Positions 10,976 to 20,620 of a stretch of DNA of 64,000 nucleotides are shown here, one piece after another. Position numbers and translations under genes: made by a program. Within the stretch, counting starts at the first letter, position 1. The number at the start of each line of letters is the position of its first letter. Source of the stretch: an uncultured archaeon (GTDB lineage Archaea > Thermoproteota > Nitrososphaeria > Nitrososphaerales > Gagatemarchaeaceae); NCBI GenBank assembly GCA_963799775.1, contig CAWCYD010000003.1, positions 800,001 to 864,000 of the forward strand, written 5' to 3'. The notes under the pieces are model-generated. The model saw nothing but the letters and a program-made list of their open reading frames with translations, was not told the DNA's origin and made no database searches.

Positions 10976-11776
10976 CTACCATCGCCTCTTGGGTTTAATC
11001 TCGGATGCGACGGTCTCGATGGAGACGCTTCCGGCCTCCTCTCCCACCAGCTTGACGAAGACGTCCTCTAGGCTCTCTCCGGGTTTGCCGGACCCGTGCT
11101 GCTGGATTATCTCTGGTGGGGTACCGGACGCGATGACCTTGCCATGGTTCATTATCGCTACCGCGTCGGCCAGCTCCTCCGCCTCGTCGAGGTAGTGGGT
11201 AGTGAGAAGCACGCTCCTGTCCTCGCTCTGCAGGTTCCTTATGACCTCCCACACCGCCCTCCTGGCTTGCGGGTCGAGGCCTGTAGTCGGCTCGTCAAGG
11301 AAGACCAATTGAGGGTCGTTCACGAGGGCAAGAGCGAGCCCCACCTTCTGCTTCTGTCCACCTGAAAGTCTTGAAAAGTAGACGTTGGCGGAGTCTTCCA
11401 GAATGACCTTCTTCAGGATCGCGTCCGCATCCGCCTTTACGCCGAAGAGCGCTGCGTAGTAGTTAATCGCCTCCTTCGGGGTGGCGTAGTCCACGAACTT
11501 GAAGCCCTGGGGGATCACGCCGATCTTCTTGTGGAGCTCGTAGCCTTGCTTCCAGGGGTCCATCCCGAGCACCTTCACCTCGCCCGAGTCCTGTTCCCTG
11601 AGGCCCTCCAGGATCTCTATCGTGGTCGTCTTTCCTGCGCCGTTTGGCCCCAGCAAGGAGAACACCTGGCCGTCCTTCACGGTGAACGAGATCCCGTCGA
11701 CCGCCTGAAGCTGGCCGTATGCCTTCTTCAGGGACGAGACCTCTATCGTGTTCACTGTGCGTCTACTCGCGGCCAC
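10976..11776 (-). CDS. ABC exporter ATP-binding protein
   Basis: GPNGAGKTT, LSGGQKQK and LDEPTTGLDP. Confidence 0.95.
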   Translation of the reverse strand: MAASRRTVNTIEVSSLKKAYGQLQAVDGISFTVKDGQVFSLLGPNGAGKTTTIEILEGLREQDSGEVKVLGMDPWKQGYELHKKIGVIPQGFKFVDYATPKEAINYYAALFGVKADADAILKKVILEDSANVYFSRLSGGQKQKVGLALALVNDPQLVFLDEPTTGLDPQARRAVWEVIRNLQSEDRSVLLTTHYLDEAEELADAVAIMNHGKVIASGTPPEIIQQHGSGKPGESLEDVFVKLVGEEAGSVSIETVASEIKPKRRW

Positions 11777-11828
11777 CTTCGTTTGGCTCTTTAATCTATT
11801 GTCCGAGGCAAGTCTTATAGAGAGCGCG

Positions 11829-12224
11829 CTGGCAGAATTCGCACGCCTGTTGTCACGATCAGCACTACTGGCGTACGATGACGCGTGCGGGCCATGCTCA
11901 AGCTTCCAGAAGGCGGTCGAGTTCCTCGATCGGAGGCACTCGTTGTCCTTCGCCTCCCTGCGGGAGGCCGACTCGAAGGGAGCGCTCTCCAGCGTGAGGC
12001 CCGTGGCCCGCTACCGCTCGTTTCATCTCGTCGTCCCGGGCAGCGGGGTCTTCAGCGGCTCTGAAGCGATCCTCCCCCTGGCGGCGATGCTCCTCCCGGG
12101 AACTGGGAGGCTCTGCAAGCTCTTGGACCGCGTCCCTGGCGTGCGCGGAACGATCTCGTTCGGATACTCGGCCCTCTCGAGGATGCACGACGTCGGGGCG
12201 TGCGCCAGCGGAGGACGGAGATGA
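11829..12224 (+). CDS. DCC1-like (DUF393) thiol-disulfide oxidoreductase; start approximate
   Basis: YDDACGPC motif, SFHLV...G...SGSEA. Confidence 0.75.
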   Translation: MAEFARLLSRSALLAYDDACGPCSSFQKAVEFLDRRHSLSFASLREADSKGALSSVRPVARYRSFHLVVPGSGVFSGSEAILPLAAMLLPGTGRLCKLLDRVPGVRGTISFGYSALSRMHDVGACASGGRR

Positions 12225-13228
12225 CGACCAAGCGCAAGACTGACGGCGCGAAGGTGGTCGCCAGTCAGCCGAGCAAAGCGCTCGGGTGGCTCTTGGAGGA
12301 GGACGAGCCTTCGATCAGGTATCTCGCCCTGACCCAGGTCCTGGGAAGAGCCGACGGCGACCCCGAGGTCAAGGCCGCCAAGAGGACGATCGCGAAGCAG
12401 GGGTGGGCGGCGCAGATCATGGCGAAGCAGAAGCCGGGCGGCTGGTGGGTGCACCAGGAGAACCTCTATCGCCCAAAGTATCTCTCGACCAACTGGATGC
12501 TCCTTATCCTCTCGGACCTGGGCATGACGAAGGAGTGCCCGAGGATACGCAGGGCAGCGGAGCTCTGGAGGGACCGGTTCTCAAAGGCCGACGGCGGGTT
12601 CGGTTCGGACGGCTCCAACAGGAGCCACCTGTGCATCGCAGGGAACACCGCCAGGGCGCTCATCAAGTTCGGATACTCGGACGATCCGAAGGTCAAGAGC
12701 GGGCTGGACTGGCTCGTGAGGAACCAGGCGGAGAACGGCGGATGGTCGTGCTTTGGGTCGGGAGGGAACCTCGACTCGTGGGAGGGCATGAGCGCGTTCG
12801 CGGCGCTCCCGATGGAGAAGTGGAACAAGAGCATCAAGAGGTCCGTCGAGAAGGGGGCGGAGTTCTACCTCCGCAAGACTCTAGACCAGCAGGGCGGACG
12901 CTACGAGCCGTGGTACAGGTTCCATTACCCGGTGCACTACTACTACGACCTCCTCGTGGGACTGGATTTCATGACGGCTCTTGGCTACGTAGATGACACG
13001 CGGCTCGACAAAGCCATCGCCCTTCTCAGGGAGAAGAGAGGCGAGGATGGGAGGTGGAACCTCGATGCTGTCCATCCCGACGTGGAAGGCGGGATGGCCG
13101 ATTGGTACTCGAAGCACGCGAACCAGGCGCCCACTCCTTTCGCGCTCGAGAAGCCGGGGCGTCCTAGCAAGATGATAACCCTGAGGGCGATGGTCGTCTT
13201 GAAGAGGATGGGCGAGGCGCCCAGCTAG
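12221..13228 (+). CDS. Prenyltransferase/squalene-cyclase-like repeat (alpha-barrel) protein
   Basis: QW-type repeats (QKPGGWW, QAENGGW, DGRW); FHYP.HYYYDLL. Confidence 0.8.
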   Translation: MTTKRKTDGAKVVASQPSKALGWLLEEDEPSIRYLALTQVLGRADGDPEVKAAKRTIAKQGWAAQIMAKQKPGGWWVHQENLYRPKYLSTNWMLLILSDLGMTKECPRIRRAAELWRDRFSKADGGFGSDGSNRSHLCIAGNTARALIKFGYSDDPKVKSGLDWLVRNQAENGGWSCFGSGGNLDSWEGMSAFAALPMEKWNKSIKRSVEKGAEFYLRKTLDQQGGRYEPWYRFHYPVHYYYDLLVGLDFMTALGYVDDTRLDKAIALLREKRGEDGRWNLDAVHPDVEGGMADWYSKHANQAPTPFALEKPGRPSKMITLRAMVVLKRMGEAPS

Positions 13229-13629
13229 TCGCTCGCCAGGAGGCGCGCCACTTTGGCTTGTATCTCGTCCCTGATCGCCCTGACCTGATCGACTGACTTT
13301 CCCTTCGGGTCGTCGATGTGCCAGTCGACCAGCTTCTTCTGCATCTTGGCCAGCATGGGCCTCGGGCAGACGCCTTCGACGGAGCAACCCATCGTGACCA
13401 CGACGCTCGCCTTGTCTATCATTCCGGTCGTGAGCATCTTGGGCTTGTTCTTGGAGAGGTCGATCCCTATCTCCTTCATGGCATCTACCACCACAGCGTT
13501 GACCTTGGGAGAAGGGACCGTCCCGGCGCTGGACGCGTCGCCTCCCAACGCCCTCGCGAAGGCCTCCGCCATCTGGCTGCGGCCCGCGTTCTCGACGCAA
13601 ACGAACAGCGGCGAACTTCTCTTGGTCAA
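13225..13629 (-). CDS. arsC: Arsenate reductase, LMW-PTP family
   Basis: FVCVENAGRSQMAE, SAGT.P, TMGC...CP and DW.IDDPKG; TTG start overlaps the upstream TGA. Confidence 0.88.
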   Translation of the reverse strand: MTKRSSPLFVCVENAGRSQMAEAFARALGGDASSAGTVPSPKVNAVVVDAMKEIGIDLSKNKPKMLTTGMIDKASVVVTMGCSVEGVCPRPMLAKMQKKLVDWHIDDPKGKSVDQVRAIRDEIQAKVARLLASD

Positions 13630-14341
13630 GGCACCCTCCTCAGGAACCTGAAGGTGAGGCCGGCCACCATCGCGCCCAGAAGCGGCCCTACGATGTAGAC
13701 CATCAGGTTCGCGTAGTAGCCCGAGAATAGCGAAGGCCCCAGGCTCCTGGCCGGGTTGAACGATGCGCCGGTCACACGGACCTATGAGCATGATCAGGAC
13801 GAAGAGCGTCGAACCGACGAGCGCCGCCTGCGCGACCGGCCGCTCCAAATGTGCCGAGGCTGTGAGGGCGGCGCACGCCAAGAGGAAATGTCCCTACCAT
13901 CTCGATGGCCACACCTGCGACCGGGCTGACCCCGGGTGCCAGACGCGTCGAACCGAGGAAGCTGGAGGCTGCCACGGTCCCGAGCGCCGTCTTGAGGACC
14001 AGGCCCGCTGCTAGGCCTCCGACAAGCTGGAAGACAAGGTAAGGGGCGACGAGCTCCTTCTTGGCCGACCCAGAGAAGCTGCTCGCGATCGTGATGGCGG
14101 GGTTGATGTGCGCGCCGGAAGACCGGCCAAAGGCCAGGATCATCGCCGCGACGGTGAGACCGAACACGGCCGAGACGAAGACAAGGCCGAGAATGGCCGG
14201 GAGGGACAAGAGAGAGGCGATGATGACAGAGGCGCACCCTACGAAGACGAGGGTGAACGTCCCTACCATCTCGGAGAGGAGCTCCTTCCGACGCCCGACC
14301 GAGGTGAGCGTCGAGAGACCCAGGGCCCTCGTCAAAATCAT
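13626..14341 (-). CDS. MIP-family aquaporin/aquaglyceroporin (two apparent frameshifts); start approximate
   Basis: E.VGTF, SGAHINPA and, in a shifted frame, TGASFNPARSLGP. Confidence 0.85.
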
Positions 14342-14417
14342 TGTGCGCGTCATAGGAGCTTCGTTACGCAAGAGCAACAACTCATCGGCCAGATCTTCTG
14401 GATTCGAGTAGGCGAGA

Positions 14418-14657
14418 TTACTGACTGCATTCTCCCTTGTACTTGCCGTCTGTCTTGACGACGAGGCCGTGGATGACCAGCCTCCGGACCACCCTCGAGA
14501 CGATCTCCTGGTGAAGGTTGGTCGCATCGCGGACCTGCCCGAAGGTGACGGGTGTCGTCGAGTTGCATATCACGCGGCACACTTGCGATTCTCTCTCGGT
14601 GAGCTCGACGCAGTCCGACTCTACGGTGCATGCTTCTCCGCAACACGCTAGCTCCAA
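14418..14657 (-). CDS. Small Cys-rich winged-helix protein, putative metalloid-sensing regulator
   Basis: N-terminal CCGEAC; wHTH-like TFGQVRDATNLHQEIVSRVVRRLVIHGLV; TATA-like ATAAATAG at 14691-14684. Confidence 0.65.
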   Translation of the reverse strand: MELACCGEACTVESDCVELTERESQVCRVICNSTTPVTFGQVRDATNLHQEIVSRVVRRLVIHGLVVKTDGKYKGECSQ

Positions 14658-14721
14658 AGCGGTCGAAACAGGGCGCTGAGGCCTATTTATTGACTCACCA
14701 GGTTAGCCAATGAAGCAAAAT

Positions 14722-14759
14722 TGGCGGGCCCGGAGAGATTTGAACTCTCGATCTCCAGC
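14722..14759 (-). tRNA. Orphan tRNA 3' half (positions 39-76, Arg-type acceptor) with encoded CCA
   Basis: GCTGG AGATC GAGAG TTCAAAT CTCTC CGGGCCC G CCA followed by ATTTT; no 5' half directly upstream. Confidence 0.9.
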
Positions 14760-14784
14760 ACGTCCTCGCGTTCGGCCACACTTG

Positions 14785-15429
14785 CTAGAGCAACTCTGCT
14801 AGCTGCACGAGCTTTCTACGTTTCTCGGGATGATTGAAGCCGATTCTTCGAGCGTATAAGCCAAGATTTCTTCTGTTGAATATGTCAAGCTCGTAAGCTT
14901 GCGACCAGTTTCTTCTGGTTGGTTTTTCACGAGAGTAGATTGCGCTTCGAATTCCGAAGGAGTCCCAAAGAAGCGTCGCTACGCTCTTCAGGCCAAGCTG
15001 GTTAGTCGATTTTGCCCGAACCTTGCATTTCGATATGATCGGCGAGAGATATACGTCACCATCCCCATCGAAAAATGATCGAAGCCACCTCGCCGCTGTC
15101 AGAATATTGAGCGAGGCGAAAGGAACGACCCAATTGCGTCGACCGAATGGCCCATATCGCATGATGTCAATTGCCATTGCTTTCCCATAGGCCCTAATCA
15201 CTCCTTCGGTTGGCCTATCGCGAGCTATGACGCCATATTCGAGTCGGACATGATCAGCGAACAACTTGCGAATAGATGCGTTTGGCTCCGCAAGTTGGAG
15301 AAGATAGGTCCATTTGGGATTTCGCTTTCGGTATCGGCTGCAGCACACAGTTCCATCAGCGCATAGCATTCCGTGCAAGGACGCTCTTCTCGGTGTGAGA
15401 AGTGGAAGAAAATCTGCTCGGCTGTGCAC
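14785..15429 (-). CDS. Free-standing two-motif LAGLIDADG homing endonuclease (intein/DOD-like)
   Basis: ASLHGMLCADG and RWLRSFFDGDG motifs, C-terminal IGFNHPEK; no intein splicing termini; visibly lower GC than flanks. Confidence 0.88.
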   Translation of the reverse strand: MHSRADFLPLLTPRRASLHGMLCADGTVCCSRYRKRNPKWTYLLQLAEPNASIRKLFADHVRLEYGVIARDRPTEGVIRAYGKAMAIDIMRYGPFGRRNWVVPFASLNILTAARWLRSFFDGDGDVYLSPIISKCKVRAKSTNQLGLKSVATLLWDSFGIRSAIYSREKPTRRNWSQAYELDIFNRRNLGLYARRIGFNHPEKRRKLVQLAELL

Positions 15430-15490
15430 AATAATCTATCGCTGCCGAGTATTTCACGGCCACCGTCAAGTTTCAACACTCACCGGCTAC

Positions 15491-15496
15491 AAAAAA
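15491..15496 (-). terminator. Oligo-T terminator after tRNA-Arg
   Basis: TTTTTT two bases after the discriminator base. Confidence 0.6.
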
Positions 15497-15497
15497 G

Positions 15498-15592
15498 CGG
15501 GCCCGGCCGGATTTGAACCGGCGACCCCCAGCTTCGCAGGCTGACACACCCAGCATGGTTTGATGCCCTGATCCGTACTAGGCTACGGGCCC
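15498..15592 (-). tRNA. tRNA-Arg(GCG) with a 19-nt intron at position 29/30
   Basis: GGGCCCG acceptor; anticodon loop CT-GCG-AA (anticodon 15537-15535); T arm GCCGG-TTCAAAT-CCGGC; intron 15560-15542 forms a BHB motif; followed by C-T6. Confidence 0.93.
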
Positions 15593-15614
15593 CAAGCCCT
15601 GTCGAGATATGACA

Positions 15615-17265
15615 CTAGTTATGTTTTCCAGATGCCGAAGTCGCTTCTTGTAGCCTGTTGGCGACATTGGCGATCCCCGCATCCAAGACATAGGGACCTA
15701 GCCTCGGACCCTTCTGCGCGCCGAGCAAGATGCCGTATACCGCGGGGAAGAACTCGCCAGCCTGGAGGCCGCTAGCCCTCATCGCGCCGAAAGCCGCGGT
15801 CTGCACGTCGTCGGCAGTGTGCACCTTGGCGAGGGCTGCCGCGAACTCTTCTATCGACTTTCTTTGCTTCTCGGATAGCTCTGGGAGCTCCTGTTCCTGA
15901 AGAAGCGATGCCGCTCCCTCCCTCTTGGCCCATGCAGCTGCCCACCCCATCCTCTTGACGAGGTCAGGGCCCGGGGCTTCCTTGATCATCCCATAGTTTG
16001 TCAGTCGCTTGGAGACGTACTCGACGAGCGAGCCTTCCGGCGCGGTCGAGGCCAGCTGCGCGAGGAGCCTGTAGGGAACGTGGATGCCCGGCTTGGCGGG
16101 GACCTTGAGGAGATTGGTGTATTCGTAGAGCCCCCGGAGCCGCGCGTCCTTCAATGCATTGGGGTCCTCTTCTTGGAGAAGTAGTAGTCCTCGAGCTCGT
16201 CGAACTCGTCCATGTAGACGGGGACGTCGTCCACCGAGATGCTCCTCGCCCCGACGATGCGCTTGAACATGAGGAGCCTGACGCTCTCTGGAGACGCGTA
16301 CGTGAGCCAGTCGTGGATCGTGATGACGTTCCCGACCGACTTGCTCACCTTCCTGCCACTCTTGTCCTGGAACATCTCGTACCTTGCGTGATAGGGGGGC
16401 GGATGTCCGAGGATGTTCTCGCTTATCCAGTCGTTTATCTTGACTGACTCTGCGATGTCCTTGCCGTAGGCCTCGAATCGGATGTCCAGCGCGCCCCACC
16501 TCGCCGCGAACTCGCTCTTCCATATCAGCTTCCCCTCTCCCTCCGTCACCTTCCTGTCGCCCTCGTGCCCGCAGCCCGCTATCACCTTCTCACCAAGCTC
16601 GGCGCTCGCGCACTTGTAGTGGACCGTCTGCGCGACCGGGTCATACGAGGAGACCACGGTCGTGTACAGCCTGCCGCAGTTCTGGCATATCGGGGTGTAA
16701 GGCAGGACCGTGAGGTACTTCTCCTGCCCCGTCAGCTCCTTGATCATCTTCCCCACGAGCTGGGCGTTGTCGAGTATCTTCGTGATCTGAGGGTTGAGGA
16801 GCCCGCTCTTGTAGACCTCCGCCCCGCTCTTGAAAGTGTAAGGTATGCCCAGGTCGTCCAGCGCGGCCCTTAGGAGCCCCCCCGTGTGGGCGCCGAAGGA
16901 CTTGTGGCAGCCGAACGGGTCGGGGATGCGCGTGACTGGGTGTGCGATGTAGTCCTTGAGCCATTCAGGGAATCCGGCCGGGACTTCCTCAGGCCGTCGA
17001 GGTCGTCGGAGTAGGCGATCAGCTCCGACCTGTAGCCTTGGGTCTCGAGCGCGAGCTTGATGCCGTAGCTCCTTATCGCGTCGCCGACGCTCCCGATGTG
17101 CGGTATCCCGGAGGCGCCGAGGCCGCTCTCGACGCGTAGGAGCGAAGTGTCCCTGCCAAGGGCCTTCTCGCGCTCCAGGAGCTCGCTTGCTACCCTGTCG
17201 AGCCACGTGCCCCGTCCGATGACCTTGGTCTCCTGCGACGACACTGGACGGACCAGACGCTCCAC
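15615..17265 (-). CDS. lysS: Class I lysyl-tRNA synthetase (two apparent frameshifts, ~16985 and ~16170)
   Basis: ASGIPHIG, YSDDLDGLRK, CQNCG, FEAYGKD, KVSKSVGN and GPRLG across three ORFs. Confidence 0.93.
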
Positions 17266-17290
17266 CGATTAAAAAGATGGCTGCGGTCTC

Positions 17291-19465
17291 TTATCGGTAG
17301 TAGGGGACCGCTACCTTCTCCATCGGCTTGCTCTCGCGCGAGGAGCGCACCTTCTTGACGGCGTCCTTGAAGTGGTCGAAGGTCACAACCGCCTCTTCGA
17401 GGTGCTTCTTGGCGTCGTCAGGCCTTGGATATTTGGCCACGTACTCTTGGAGCACCATCGAGACGGCCGTGTTGACAAGGGCCGCGACGTCGGCGCCGCT
17501 GAAGCCTTCGGTCATGTCGACCAGGGGCTTTAGGTCCTTCCTGACGGCATCTGTGATCTGCTTGCCCTCCATGTTTATCTTGAGTATCTGCTCTCTCGAT
17601 TCCTTGTCGGGCATCGGTATCGGGATCACCTTGTCGAACCTGCCTGGCCTCACGAGCGCGGGGTCCACCATGTCTATCCTGTTCGTCGCGGCGAGGACCA
17701 CGACGCCGTTCAGCTGCTGGATCCCGTCGAGCTCGGTGAGCAGCTGACTCACCACCCTCTCGGTGACCATGCTGTCCCCTCCCATCCCTCGCGTCGGCGC
17801 CAGGGCGTCGATCTCGTCGAAGAATATGATGCAAGGTGCGGCCTGACGTGCCCTGCGGAAGACCTCCCTCACTCCGCGCTCCGACTCTCCGACCCACTTG
17901 CTGAGCAGCTCTGGGCCCCTGACGCTGATGAAGTTGGCCTCGCTCTCGGTCGCTACTGCCTTTGCGAGCATCGTCTTGCCGGTGCCCGACGAGCCATAGA
18001 GGAGGATGCCCTTCGGCATGTTGTAGCCTATCGCCGCGTAGAGGTCTGCGAACTTTAGCGGCCATTCCACGGCCTCTTGCAGCTCCCTCTTGACGCCGTC
18101 CAAGCCTCCCAGGTCGGCCCACTTTACGTCGGGCGTCTCCAGGTAGACCTCGCGCATCGCGGAGGGCATCACGTCCTTGAGGGCGCCTTCGAAGTCCGCC
18201 ATCGTGACGATGAGCTTGTCGAGTATCTCCGGGCTCAGCCTCTCCTCCTCCAGCTTGAGCTCGGGCAGCATCCTGCGCAGCGTCTTCATCGCAGCCTCTT
18301 TGCAGAGGTACTCCGCGTCGGCACCGACGAACCCGTGGGTCACTGCGGCGAGCTTCTCGAGGTCGACGTCAGGCGTGAGCGGCATGTGCCTTGTGTGGAT
18401 CTGGAGGATCTCGTATCGTCCCTTCTTGTCTGGGACCTTGATCTCGATCTCGCGGTCGAATCGTCCGGGTCTCCTTAGCGCCGGGTCGATAGCGTTGGGT
18501 CTGTTCGTCGCGGCGATGACGATGACCTTGCCCCTGGCTTCCAGGCCGTCCATCAGGGACAGCAACTGGCTTACCACTCTGCGCTCGACCTCGCCCGTCA
18601 CCTCCTCCCTCTTCGGGGCGATGGAGTCGATCTCGTCGATGAATATGATGGTCGGGGCCTTCTCCTTGGCTTCCTTGAATATCTCCCTCAGCCGGGCCTC
18701 TGACTCTCCGTAGAACTTGCTCATGATCTCCGGGCCTGAGATGGGGATGAAGTGCGCGTTGCTCTCCGTCGCGACCGCCTTTGCTAGCAGCGTCTTGCCA
18801 GTCCCTGGAGGCCCGTACAGGAGCACTCCCTTTGGAGCCTCCACACCGAGCTTCTCGAAGATCTCGGGGTGGCGCAGAGGGAGCTCTATCATCTCCCGGA
18901 CCTTTTGGATCTCGTCCTTGAGGCCGCCGATGTCCTCGTAGGTGACCTGCGGGACGCCGCGGAGCGCCTCGCCCTTTTCAGAGATGACGAAGACGGTCCT
19001 CTGGGTGATGAGGGCTGCCTCCGCCACCGGGCTCACGGCCATGACCTGGAAGGTCAGCCTCCCTCCAAAGTAAGGAATCATCACGTTGTCGCCCTTGGTG
19101 ACAGGGACGCTCTCCAGTGTGTCTGCGAGGTATCTCTCGTCGATCGGCGGGACCGCCTCCAGGGGAGCGACCACAACCTTCTCCGCTGGCGGTGCCTTGA
19201 CCTTGCGGACTATCACCATGTCTCCGATGGCGACGCCGGCGTTGTTTCGGATGAGCCCGTCAATCCTTACGATGCCCCTCCCTTCGTCTGACGGATAGAG
19301 CGGGAGGCATTTCGCGACCGTGCGCCTCTTGCCCTTTATCTCGATGACGTCGCCCGTCGAGGCATCCAGAGCGTCCATCGCGTCGTAGTCGATCCTTGCG
19401 ACTCCTCGACCTACGTCTCTGGTGTACGCCTCCAACACCTTCAGTTGGACTTGCTGCTGACTCAT
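17291..19465 (-). CDS. cdc48: CDC48/VAT AAA+ ATPase
   Basis: [12 protein letters not shown]-domain, two AAA modules ([16 protein letters not shown]), RRPGRFD. Confidence 0.97.
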   Translation of the reverse strand: MSQQQVQLKVLEAYTRDVGRGVARIDYDAMDALDASTGDVIEIKGKRRTVAKCLPLYPSDEGRGIVRIDGLIRNNAGVAIGDMVIVRKVKAPPAEKVVVAPLEAVPPIDERYLADTLESVPVTKGDNVMIPYFGGRLTFQVMAVSPVAEAALITQRTVFVISEKGEALRGVPQVTYEDIGGLKDEIQKVREMIELPLRHPEIFEKLGVEAPKGVLLYGPPGTGKTLLAKAVATESNAHFIPISGPEIMSKFYGESEARLREIFKEAKEKAPTIIFIDEIDSIAPKREEVTGEVERRVVSQLLSLMDGLEARGKVIVIAATNRPNAIDPALRRPGRFDREIEIKVPDKKGRYEILQIHTRHMPLTPDVDLEKLAAVTHGFVGADAEYLCKEAAMKTLRRMLPELKLEEERLSPEILDKLIVTMADFEGALKDVMPSAMREVYLETPDVKWADLGGLDGVKRELQEAVEWPLKFADLYAAIGYNMPKGILLYGSSGTGKTMLAKAVATESEANFISVRGPELLSKWVGESERGVREVFRRARQAAPCIIFFDEIDALAPTRGMGGDSMVTERVVSQLLTELDGIQQLNGVVVLAATNRIDMVDPALVRPGRFDKVIPIPMPDKESREQILKINMEGKQITDAVRKDLKPLVDMTEGFSGADVAALVNTAVSMVLQEYVAKYPRPDDAKKHLEEAVVTFDHFKDAVKKVRSSRESKPMEKVAVPYYR

Positions 19466-19613
19466 GCCTCGATCACGTTCGGACAACGCTATTGCCTCTG
19501 TATCCCTTATTAGCCTTGTGCCTAAGTTTTAAGGCATTAGCGAATCTTAGTTCTGTCGGTTCGTTCGGTCGCTCCGCGGCTCCTGCGGCATAGAGCTTAT
19601 CTCTTCTTGGGAA

Positions 19614-20522
19614 GTGGTCTCGAACACTTTGGACGAGGACGTTCTCATCATGGTCACGAACGACGACGGCGTGACCAGCCCCGGTATCATCGCCCTCGCC
19701 GACGCGGTCTCGGCCCTCGGCAGCGTCATGATCATAGCGCCCGACGGCGAGAAGAGCGCAGCCGGTATGAGCCTAACCTTTCACAGGCCTCTGCGCATCA
19801 CGAAGGTGCACGTGGGGAGGAGGGTCTGCTACGCGATCTCGGGAAGCCCGGCCGATTCGACCATGATAGGGATACACAACCTCCTTCCGAGGAGGCCAGA
19901 CGCCGTAGTCTCCGGGATCAACAAGGGGGAGAACCTCACCATCCAGGACATCTTCGCCTCGGGGACCGTGGCGGCGGCGCTCTCGGCGGCGCTGCTCGGG
20001 ATACCAGCCATCGCCTTCTCACTCGAGATCCCTGCTGGGAGGAACGTCATACATGGCAGGAATTAACCGGGGTTCGCCATCCCCGCGCGGATCGCCGCGG
20101 AGATGACCAGGGAGGTCTTGGAGCACGGGATGCCCAGAGGGGCGGAAATGCTGAACGTGAACTTCCCGTGGAAGACGAGCTGGGACACGAGGATCAAGAT
20201 CACGTCGCTCGAGGGGAGGAAGTGGAGGGACTCCGTCCTTGAGAGGGATGACCCGCGGGGCAGGCCCTACTACTGGCTCTGGGGCTCGAGGATGCCCCAC
20301 TTCAAGAAGAACTCCGACGCTTACGCGATCCACAAGGAAGGGGTGATCTCCGTCTCACCGCTCAACCTGGATTTCACAGCAAAGTCGACTCCGGAGATAA
20401 GGAAGTTCGAGACGAGGGTGACTTCGAGGCTGAAGGAGATGGCCGAGACCGTCGATAGCAGGCATAAAGGTTCTACTGCATCGAACGTCCGGCGTGATGC
20501 AGTTTCGAGGCATCGACTCTGA
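19614..20522 (+). CDS. surE: 5'/3'-nucleotidase SurE (frameshift near 20062; 3' end invaded by a TnpB element)
   Basis: VTNDDG, GSPADS, SGINKGEN, SGTVAAA, LNVNFP and DPRGRPYYW. Confidence 0.92.
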
Positions 20523-20620
20523 GGATTAGCGGCTCTCCTACGTATTCCGCTGTCCCCTTCATTGCTTCTCTTGCCTCGCCTTCTTTCTGTTGCGAACTGT
20601 CGAACCTCAACCGCCCTCTT
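20450..20620 (-). ncRNA. Putative omegaRNA (scaffold plus ~20 nt guide) of TnpB element A
   Basis: Nucleotide blocks conserved across three copies: GGGCGGTTGAGGTTCGAC, GGCGAGGCA, TAATCCTC.GAGTCGATGCCTCGAA, AGAACC. Confidence 0.7.

Noticed and set aside
14722-14784. Orphan half as a trans-spliced split tRNA gene
   Set aside because: Only 25 bp separate it from the endonuclease stop, with no evident promoter and no matching 5' half or complementary leader in the window; not excluded genome-wide.
14785-15429. Intein
   Set aside because: No host extein, no N-terminal Cys/Ser splicing block and no C-terminal His-Asn.
14760-15532. Endonuclease cassette as a long BHB intron or alternatively spliced tRNA
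   Set aside because: I tested every register from 38/39 to 43/44 and none gives a full 4-bp central helix; a T6 terminator also follows the first 3' half.
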